Under the pieces are notes generated by a model, which searched no databases, was not told the DNA's origin, and saw only the letters and a program-made list of their open reading frames with translations. DNA of 32,000 bases from Acaryochloris marina MBIC11017. Its GTDB lineage: Bacteria; Cyanobacteriota; Cyanobacteriia; Thermosynechococcales; Thermosynechococcaceae. Made by a program: the position numbers and the translations under genes. The stretch covers positions 510,001 through 542,000 of the forward strand of contig NC_009925.1 in the NCBI RefSeq assembly GCF_000018105.1, in the 5' to 3' direction. Shown in pieces: positions 9,770 to 16,855 of this stretch (the first letter of the stretch is position 1; each line of letters opens with the position of its first letter).

Positions 9770-10305
9770 AGTGAAAGGCAGAAGTTTATGGCGTGCAAGT
9801 CTTGATCCTATATCTATCAAGACTTGTAGCCTTTTCCTGACTTCTTAAGTCAGTGCCATTGATTCTTAAATAGCTCTCACGGCTAACGTTATTCAGGGCA
9901 GATATTGCTTTCCGGATTTTTTGGTGTGTCTACCAAAGAATTTTAGGTTGCAGCCTAGATAAGAATAGAGACTTCAACTTACCCCAATATCGGGGGGTAT
10001 GAGGGCTAAGTGTGGGTGGTCAGTAACTAAGGCTAATTCAAGTTCCAGGAAGGAAAGCTGAAACAAAAATTCTTGTATACCCGGGCTTCTGGTAACACTC
10101 TTGTTTCTCGTGAATTTCTAGTGCTTTTGAATGACTTCCTGTGAAATTAAATAGTCTTGGGAACTAACTGGGTTTAACCCAAAAAAATCACTAAGCTTAG
10201 TGAAGAACCAGCTCAGTGAAATTTTTGTTTATTGCATAAGTCTCTTAGGATATTCTCTAAAGAAACTTAAATTTTTTGTGAGATCAACCCAAAAGCCTAT
10301 TAAGG

Positions 10306-10689
10306 CTAGTTCCATACAGTTACTTTTTTGGGATCCTGAAACTCAGGAATATTGATTAAAAGTTCCACTTCATTTAGAGGATTTCCAAGTTCATAGATCG
10401 AGTTCTTCGTTGTGACATAAACACGACCTTTTTCAGAAAAATACCCTGTGACGCTTGAGGTATTGATCTTGACACCCTGGGTATATTTCTCATGATTATG
10501 AATGCGACCTTTAATGATGACTCTGCCGTTTTTACATAAGCCTACCCATGACTCAATTACTGGAACCCCCTTAAAGTCATACTTTGTAACCTTTCGACCT
10601 TCAGAGGAATGATCGAGAAAAAAACCAGTGATATCATCAACGGTAACCATGGGGATCGAGGGGAAAACGAAAGGGGACAACAAATACAT
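10306..10689 (-). CDS. Hypothetical protein (127 aa; alternative ATG at 10650 gives MVTVDDITGFF...)
   Basis: The ORF starts at an ATG and sits in a visibly AT-rich, HIP1-free islet between IS elements. I recognise no family. The composition looks beta-rich (KGRIHNHEKYTQGVKINTSSVTGYFSEKGRVYVTTKNSIYELG). Confidence 0.4.
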   Translation of the reverse strand: MYLLSPFVFPSIPMVTVDDITGFFLDHSSEGRKVTKYDFKGVPVIESWVGLCKNGRVIIKGRIHNHEKYTQGVKINTSSVTGYFSEKGRVYVTTKNSIYELGNPLNEVELLINIPEFQDPKKVTVWN

Positions 10690-10839
10690 GTATGAGTTGT
10701 GTATAACTTAATTGTATTGCCCTTGTTTTTTGCTCCCTTCAGTAATATTCCTGATCTTTTAAATATTTTTCCCAGGATAGCCACGTATTGAATTGACTAA
10801 ATATGTGGATTTTTATTTTCTGGTCACATAATGAGCTTA

Positions 10840-10907
10840 ATATTGAATTCAATATGTGATCTCAGCCCAGGCAAGAATCAGAATTCTAATTCTTGCCTGG
10901 GCTGAGA
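10840..10907. repeat. Two adjacent palindromes, each centred on GAATTC
   Basis: 10840-10855 is a perfect 16-bp palindrome, ATATTGAATTCAATAT. 10860-10907 is a 48-bp palindrome with 19-bp perfect arms (TCTCAGCCCAGGCAAGAAT and ATTCTTGCCTGGGCTGAGA). Its only mismatch is c10879 against a10888. I verified it base by base. Confidence 0.9.
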
Positions 10908-12548
10908 CCTATATTTTCTTACTAAAAAATCCAAGAAAATGTGCTTAGGTTGAACTGAGCTTATGTAGGGTTTGCTGAGAAAGTAAATTGAGCAAATTCC
11001 ATGCATCAAATCGTACAAGCAACCCATTTGTGACGGCCAGAGCCATATCCTTTGACTGGCCCTAGCAAAGCCCCAAGGAAGTCCTGACAGCTCCATAACG
11101 CTTTCCAAAACCAGCAATCCCACCCCAAAAATGAACGATAAAAAGTGGCTGAGCCACCGCTCCAGATTCATGACCAAGAACGTGATAGCAATCGCACTGG
11201 CAGCCGTATCCGCTAACTTCGCCATCACTCGATTCAAGCCAAACCGTCGCTTGGCCTGCCCAAACTTACCCTCAATCTGGACCCTCACCTTTTCATCCTC
11301 ACACGCTTGTTGCTTGAGTTGGGTCTGTACTTGTGGGTCTTGTTGAGGTCTTCCTAACGGCGGTCCACTCAAGCGAATCCCCCGAGCTTTACACCATCGT
11401 CGATTAGCCCGAGTCCGATAGATTTGGTCAGCATGGACTGAGAAAGGATAATGGCCAAAGCGACGACGAAAGGCTTCCACTTGATGTTGAAGATGCTGGG
11501 ATTCATTGAACGCATCCCAACTCAAGCGCTCCAGAAACACACATCCACGCACACAACTGAGGGATAGCTTGGCTCCAAACTCAACGGGTGTTCCAGCTTT
11601 GCCTCGGACCATCGGTCGGACATGAGGCTGACTCATACTGACAATCCGGTCGTCCACTCGACGTACTGACTGTTGATACATCCATTCTTGCTGTCGAAAG
11701 ACTTCATGAATCACCAGCAACAGACGGTACTGCCGCCGGGACAATTGGGATAGGGAAGCCCCCAATGTTATCAACCCATCAATATGGGCTAGATTGCGAC
11801 GCACATAGCCCAACTGCTGACGAATCCCTTTACGAATCAGCTTGCGGCTCGGTTGACGTTTTTTGGCAATGGCCAGATAGGCTTTGCGGGCCTTCTGGCG
11901 GTAGGTGCGAGGTTTGCACTTGAGGGACAGCATGACTTGAGCATATAAAGCATCGAGGATGGCTTCGCTTGCTTTGCGGGCATCATTGAGCAAATCCAAG
12001 TCTGTCGGATAGCGAATATCGGCTGGTGCACAGGTCGTATCTATCAACAATTGGCCCTGGTTGGGAGGGGCAGGAGGCTCATCTTCATCATCGTCAGAGG
12101 GAGGAGATGACTCAGGGGACATCGCCACAGGAGACCCCTCGGATGCCAGCACAGAGTCCACGACTGCGTCATTGACTTGAGCTAGCAGCTCTAGATTCAA
12201 CCGTTGGCGAAAGTGAACCAGCATGGAGGCATCAAACGGAGCACTCTCTCGATATTCACTAAACCCCAGAAAGTACTGCAAGTAGGGGTTCTCTCGAATC
12301 TGTTCTACGGTCTCTGCGTCGGATATACCCAGTTTCTCTTTGATGATTAAGGTCCCTAAGGCCACACGAAAGGGTTTGGCAGGTGCCCCCATGGTCTGAC
12401 TGAATTGGTCTGCATATTCTGACTCAAAGCTCTCCCAAGGAATCAACTCGGCTAGTTTGACCCAGCGATTCTCTCCTGAAAGTTTCCCTCCAAAGGGCAA
12501 GTAGAAGTTCTCAAAGGACAGTTGACCGGGGGATGGACGGCGATACAT
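10878..12548 (-). CDS. IS5/IS1182-family transposase (556-aa ORF; the last ~28 codons read past the putative IR)
   Basis: ATG at 12548. The N-terminal InsH-type region is QLSFENFYLPFGGKLSGENRWVKLAELIPWE and NPYLQYFLGF. An acidic/Pro linker follows, then the DDE region (LLIDTTCAPADIRYPTDLDLL, HADQIYRTRANRRWCKARGIRLSGPPLGRP, QIEGKFGQAKRRFGL). Confidence 0.8.
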   Translation of the reverse strand: MYRRPSPGQLSFENFYLPFGGKLSGENRWVKLAELIPWESFESEYADQFSQTMGAPAKPFRVALGTLIIKEKLGISDAETVEQIRENPYLQYFLGFSEYRESAPFDASMLVHFRQRLNLELLAQVNDAVVDSVLASEGSPVAMSPESSPPSDDDEDEPPAPPNQGQLLIDTTCAPADIRYPTDLDLLNDARKASEAILDALYAQVMLSLKCKPRTYRQKARKAYLAIAKKRQPSRKLIRKGIRQQLGYVRRNLAHIDGLITLGASLSQLSRRQYRLLLVIHEVFRQQEWMYQQSVRRVDDRIVSMSQPHVRPMVRGKAGTPVEFGAKLSLSCVRGCVFLERLSWDAFNESQHLQHQVEAFRRRFGHYPFSVHADQIYRTRANRRWCKARGIRLSGPPLGRPQQDPQVQTQLKQQACEDEKVRVQIEGKFGQAKRRFGLNRVMAKLADTAASAIAITFLVMNLERWLSHFLSFIFGVGLLVLESVMELSGLPWGFARASQRIWLWPSQMGCLYDLMHGICSIYFLSKPYISSVQPKHIFLDFLVRKYRSQPRQELEF

Positions 12549-12671
12549 CGGGTTGCAGGTGCAAGGGTTTTAAATATTTTGAATGATTTTCCTTGCACTT
12601 CTCAAGGGCCCTCAACACTTGGATACACTGCAAATATTGGAACTTAGACTTCCGAAGCAAGCCCTATGTAG
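10962..12671 (-). mobile_element. IS5-family (IS1182-like) insertion sequence
   Basis: The imperfect terminal IRs are TTATGTAGGGTTTGCTGAGAAAGT (10962-10985) and the reverse complement of 12648-12671, CTACATAGGGCTTGCTTCGGAAGT. They match at 17 of 24 positions, with a TAGGG-TTGCT core. I could not define a clean target duplication, so the boundaries are approximate. Confidence 0.6.
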
Positions 12672-12708
12672 TTAAAAATTAATCTAAATAAAAACAGTAG
12701 AATCCAGT

Positions 12709-13761
12709 TTAATAAACCGTGACTGGAGTAAAGCAAACTTTATTGCTTTCAGGACTGCTGATTTGCCCCACCTTTGCGGTGACTGTATAGCAATGTTGTT
12801 CTCCAGCCAATCCTTGCATTTCGGTTGAGTTACGACTGTCTGAACCAGTGTAAATTTTGGACTTCTGGGACGTGGAAGGAATTTCCTGATTCACTTCAAA
12901 AGTGACGCCACTTAGAGCACCGGACCACTGCCAATTTAACTCGATCTGGTTGGTGCCAGGTTGTTGAGTAGCGGTTAAAACAGGGCTAGGTTGGCTAGTT
13001 CCTGTGCGGGACGTTGCAGTACTGCTCAATCGATGAATTTCTACATCGGAGATTTGGCTACGCATAATTAGATTAACTTGACTGCCCTGTACACAGGCTT
13101 GAAACCCCCCTTTCCCCATCATTACCCCTGGTGTAGGACAGGTGGGGGTGTTATCGATTTCCGCTGCGATCGCATCCACTAAGGTATCGCTAGCAACGGG
13201 GTTACTACAGGGATTGATACTGCCATCACTGGCGGGAACACGACCATACCGGTGAATGGAGTTGGGGGCAAGCCAGTCTTGGGTACTGGGGCGGATGTCA
13301 TACACGACCTGATCATAGGTCGCGGGTTGAGGTGGAGGTGAACCTGCATTAGGACCTCCAGCAGGACAAATATCTGGAACCTGGGAGGTGATGGGAATTT
13401 CTAAGTAAAGTACGGGGTTACTCCAGTCCGAAGCTTGTAAACCTGCACTGGTCAGCATACTAGACATGGAAGAGGCATCCGTTGCCTTCATCATTTGGGA
13501 TTGGTTAATACGTTTCGCCATCCTAATTTCATTGCTAATGAAATCGAAAGCTCGGCTTAAGTCGTGGCGTCAAGCCGCAATCGCTTCAGTCCGGTTGTTG
13601 GCTCGGGTTGCTGCAATCACTCCAAGTCCTGCGACACTGACGACCAGGCTAGTAATGACAGCTGCAACCAAGAGTTCCACCAAAGTAAACCCATGGTGAG
13701 TGGATAAAGTCTTTTCAGATGGCAGCTGATTCAAACCATCTCTCCCTAAATGGTGCTTCAT
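12709..13761 (-). pseudogene. PilW/GspJ-like pseudopilin with a C-terminal FN3-like domain, interrupted by one in-frame TGA (13570-13572)
   Basis: The ATG at 13761-13759 overlaps the upstream stop as ATGA. The prepilin leader and methylation motif read MKHHLGRDGLNQLPSEKTLSTHHG/FTLVELLVAAVITSLVV, with Glu at +5. Track ORFs 13570-13788 and 12709-13521 are in the same frame, separated only by the TGA: ...NNRTEAIAA*RHDLSRAFDFISNEIRMAKRINQ. Confidence 0.8.
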
Positions 13762-14648
13762 TGCTCCTCCCAGTTCTCGGCAGTGCAACGGCCAGAGTCC
13801 GTAATGGCAGCTGGACTCATATCGCCTTGATAGGTACCAATACGGGTTAACCCTAAAGTATTGGAAATCGCAATACAGCGTTTAGTGGCTTTGGAATCAT
13901 CAGGACTGTAAAAGATAATCTTGCCACTAGGATCTGTTGGTGTTTGTTGAGCACTAACAATCGCAAATTCAGGGTTGCCTAAAACACCATATTTGATCGG
14001 GATGCTGGCTGATGGCCCAGGACTAGAGGGCGAATCGTGTCCACCATTTCCTGACTCATCTTTATCTTTGTTTTTGCAAGTCCCTAAACCTAATCCTTTT
14101 TCGGTATTACCTTTACATTTAGCGATAACCTGAACGATCACCCCCGCTTTAGATGCTTTTGCTTCAGGAACAGGAGCCATAGCGATTTGGGAGATAGTTT
14201 CACCATCGCTCAGTCCTAGAGAGGGTTGCACATCTGAACCAATTAGAACGGGCTGCCCTTCATTGGTACGGGCTGTGTTTGAGTTTGGATCTGTCAAATT
14301 AGTTGCGATCGCAACATCCGTTTCCAAGGTGCGATCACCCGATTTGAGACAAGGTCCAGTTATTTTCCCTTCCACAAAATTGAGGGTTAGGGTGCAAATT
14401 TTATTGCCTTTAATGGCTTCTCGTTGAGTTTCATTCAATGCTGTGCGGACTTCCGCCATTGTCTGCTTAACTTTGGCTCGGTTCATGGTCGCCATAATAC
14501 TCGGGGCTGAGGCAGTGGCAGCGATGCCGATAATGGCACCAATGACCATTTTTTCAGCCAGAGTAAACCCCGTCTCTGAGGGTGAAGGTCTGAGTTTAAT
14601 CAATGGATACAAGCGGAGCATGGCAATTTGCAGCAGAAGAATGAACAT
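13758..14648 (-). CDS. GspH/FimT-like pseudopilin (296 aa; alternative ATG at 14621)
   Basis: The prepilin-type motif is SETG/FTLAEKMVIGAIIGIAATASAP, with Glu at +5. The region that follows, MATMNRAKVKQTMAEVRTALNETQREAIKGNK, has a GspH/FimT-like layout. There is an internal low-complexity stretch, KNKDKDESGNGGHDSPSSPGPSAS. Confidence 0.75.
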   Translation of the reverse strand: MFILLLQIAMLRLYPLIKLRPSPSETGFTLAEKMVIGAIIGIAATASAPSIMATMNRAKVKQTMAEVRTALNETQREAIKGNKICTLTLNFVEGKITGPCLKSGDRTLETDVAIATNLTDPNSNTARTNEGQPVLIGSDVQPSLGLSDGETISQIAMAPVPEAKASKAGVIVQVIAKCKGNTEKGLGLGTCKNKDKDESGNGGHDSPSSPGPSASIPIKYGVLGNPEFAIVSAQQTPTDPSGKIIFYSPDDSKATKRCIAISNTLGLTRIGTYQGDMSPAAITDSGRCTAENWEEQ

Positions 14649-14744
14649 AAATAAAAGAGGGCTTTCAGCTTCAGGGGGGACAAACTTCCCATCCCCTATG
14701 AGACTTGCCCATACTTTGACAAGAAATGGATTAAGGCATCTTGG

Positions 14745-16214
14745 TCACAACCTCACCCGTTGCCAACTTTTCACATAGCCAAACTTATTCTTGGGAGTAA
14801 TGCCAATACCACTGACCACATCTGCCAAGCTGGATACATCGTTGGGCACTCTAATGCCGGACGTACTGCCATTGGTCGTGATGATGTCAAAATCTTCAGA
14901 AGGTACGCTGCGGGTATGGGGGGTGATGTTAATCGAACTGACGACATCCTCTACCCAAGCGACGCCATCAAAATTAGTATTTCCACTACTGGGACAGCCG
15001 TCTCCTGTCCCTTGTAAATGGAGATCATTCTCCGTGTTATAAACAAATGCGGTATCAATACAGGATTGATCGTAGAGTTCGATGGCGAGATTTGGACCAA
15101 CTGCATTGTGAACAATAATCCTTAGATCCCCCACTCGTGGAAGTTGCCCATCCGTGCGAATGTTGCGCAGTTGAGCATTGCCTCGCAATTCAAAGGATTT
15201 AGTTACGTAAAGGTAAACTGGACCATCTGTCGTGTCCACATTCACCACATTCGTACCATCCAGTTCCAGTTCTTCAATATGGTAAGGGCTGTCTGCAGCA
15301 GTGAGAGTGGTACTACTCCTGACGCTGCCTAAACTCCTCACAGTTGAGGGTAAATCGACAGAAAGTGTTTGTGTAACCTTGCAACCTACGATGTTACCGG
15401 CAATTAAATCCTCAGCAGGACCATCGGTAGCAGTTGAGTAAATGGCATTGAGATAAGCAGAACGATCAACATCATTCGGTGCTGACTTATCCGTCAGGCT
15501 GCTGTCCACAGAATAGGCCGGGTCGAAGTAAAGATTGGCATGTTGACCAATAAGGGTGCGTCCCCGAATGTAAGCACCTTCCATTGCCAGAACACCAGGA
15601 AAATTCTCTACTTCGGACTGTATAGACAGGGTAGATAGCACATAAGATACTCGTTCTCCCTGCTTACCTTCAATAAGCAGGGTCCCCGTTTGTTCCGTTG
15701 GATTATACCGATAGGCTTTGAGTTGGTATTGACCGCCAGAACCCATGTTTCCTGAAGTAGTAACACTAGGAGTGATGGTCGTCCCAGTATCCTCACACGG
15801 AGATGAAGTGCTGCCTGTATATCCCGTCCATTCGTCAATAGCCGTGGTTTCTTCATCCCCAGAATTGAGAATGCCATCAGGACCAAGATAGGTGGTTCCA
15901 GTTTTGGGATTGATCGTATCGTAGCTTCGAGTCAATAAAATTCGATTATTCGGCTGAGTCATTTGGGACAGCATGCGAGCCATGCCCCCTTCCGACACGG
16001 CTAAACTAGCCCCAGCTTCTTTGCGGCTAAATGCGGAGGTGCGATCGCTTTGGGCAATCATGATTGTCGACAACCCTAAAATGACCATCACAAAACCCAG
16101 TCCTAGGGCTAGGGGCAAGGCAAATCCCTTATTAGGTTCATTTCCCAGTCTGTTCAGAGCTAGATAGGATGGCTGCCCTAATCGAGATAGAGAGGCTGAC
16201 AACTTTGGGCTCAT
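14745..16214 (-). CDS. Large PilX-N-type pilus-associated protein, paralog B (489 aa from the ATG at 16214; the track ORF starts at a TTG at 16259)
   Basis: The N-terminal hydrophobic segment NKGFALPLALGLGFVMVILGLSTIMIAQSDR resembles a pilin leader but lacks Glu+5, as in the PilX N-terminal domain. A GGGGG Shine-Dalgarno-like run lies 8 nt upstream of the ATG at 16214. It is a clear paralog of 16856-18406 and shares the C-terminal WQRVRL. Confidence 0.8.
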   Translation of the reverse strand: MSPKLSASLSRLGQPSYLALNRLGNEPNKGFALPLALGLGFVMVILGLSTIMIAQSDRTSAFSRKEAGASLAVSEGGMARMLSQMTQPNNRILLTRSYDTINPKTGTTYLGPDGILNSGDEETTAIDEWTGYTGSTSSPCEDTGTTITPSVTTSGNMGSGGQYQLKAYRYNPTEQTGTLLIEGKQGERVSYVLSTLSIQSEVENFPGVLAMEGAYIRGRTLIGQHANLYFDPAYSVDSSLTDKSAPNDVDRSAYLNAIYSTATDGPAEDLIAGNIVGCKVTQTLSVDLPSTVRSLGSVRSSTTLTAADSPYHIEELELDGTNVVNVDTTDGPVYLYVTKSFELRGNAQLRNIRTDGQLPRVGDLRIIVHNAVGPNLAIELYDQSCIDTAFVYNTENDLHLQGTGDGCPSSGNTNFDGVAWVEDVVSSINITPHTRSVPSEDFDIITTNGSTSGIRVPNDVSSLADVVSGIGITPKNKFGYVKSWQRVRL

Positions 16215-16397
16215 TGATTTACCCCCTGTCCACGATCGGTCAGAGGGATGAAAAAGCAACTGCCATTGGAGTGGCTAAGCCAATCATTGAGCATAGAAAA
16301 ATCAGAAGGGGTTAGATGCCAATGGAGAACACATGGGCAGGACAGTGTTACAGGACAACACTGTTCATATCCTGGCTTTCATGGCCTGTAGCTGGCG

Positions 16398-16476
16398 ACA
16401 GAGATTATACGGAATTCCCTCTCAAGAATAAGTATCGTTGCCAGGGGAATTCCGTAATTTTGAGGAGAATCTCTGT
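16398..16476. other. Nested imperfect hairpin in the spacer between the two paralogs
   Basis: The outer stem pairs ACAGAGATT (16398-16406) with AATCTCTGT (16468-16476). The inner stem pairs ACGGAATTCCC (16409-16419) with GGGAATTCCGT (16445-16455). The function is unknown. Confidence 0.5.
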
Positions 16477-16855
16477 TAGATTAGGCCTAAGCTTTTTCTT
16501 CACATCTAGATTAGGGTAAGGGCCTACAATCGCATCCGTTGCCACTGCAAAGCCCTACTAAACCGATAGCGCCCTAGATAATCAACCTATTTCAAACGGT
16601 CGATTAAACGCTGACCTCTAAAGATTTCGCAATGCCAGAGGTAACGTTGGAGGTAATAACAGCATTGTAGGGAGCGCCAACTTTGCCAATGAAGGGACAA
16701 GACAAGGCCCCGCTCTGAACATTTAGAATATTGTGAATCTACCCTTGAACCTTCAAGGGTTTGTAAATATCGACGCTATGCGTGGAGAAGCGTGACAGAA
16801 AAGTACCTATTCTTCATTCCACCTCATACCCATAAAATCCAAATAATCGTCCACC

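Larger units (their letters stand above)
5834..9861 (-). mobile_element. IS4-family insertion sequence (outer element) carrying two nested IS copies
   Basis: Perfect 18-bp terminal inverted repeats: CAATGGCACTGACTTAAG at 5834-5851 and its reverse complement at 9844-9861. A perfect 10-bp direct repeat ATTCTTAAAT flanks them at 5824-5833 and 9862-9871. The IS4-proper DNA is about 5834-5869 plus about 8417-9861. Confidence 0.85.

Noticed and set aside
9872-10305. A search for tRNA, tmRNA or another structured RNA that could have served as an integration target next to the IS stack
   Set aside because: I found no T-loop (GGTTCGA-type) motif or cloverleaf-compatible stems. There is only a weak 6-bp hairpin (TACCCC/GGGGTA near 9980-10000) with no T-run.
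13570-13572. The TGA in the pseudopilin as selenocysteine or programmed Trp recoding
   Set aside because: I could not identify a convincing SECIS-type hairpin immediately downstream. A pilin has no redox context, and TGA is used as an ordinary stop by neighbouring genes (for example 13758-13760). A nonsense mutation or sequencing error is the simpler explanation.
14443-15332. Plus-strand ORFs 14443-14778, 14760-15017, 14791-15042 and 15144-15332
   Set aside because: They are antisense to the pseudopilin and paralog B genes, have no start context, and their products have no recognisable features.
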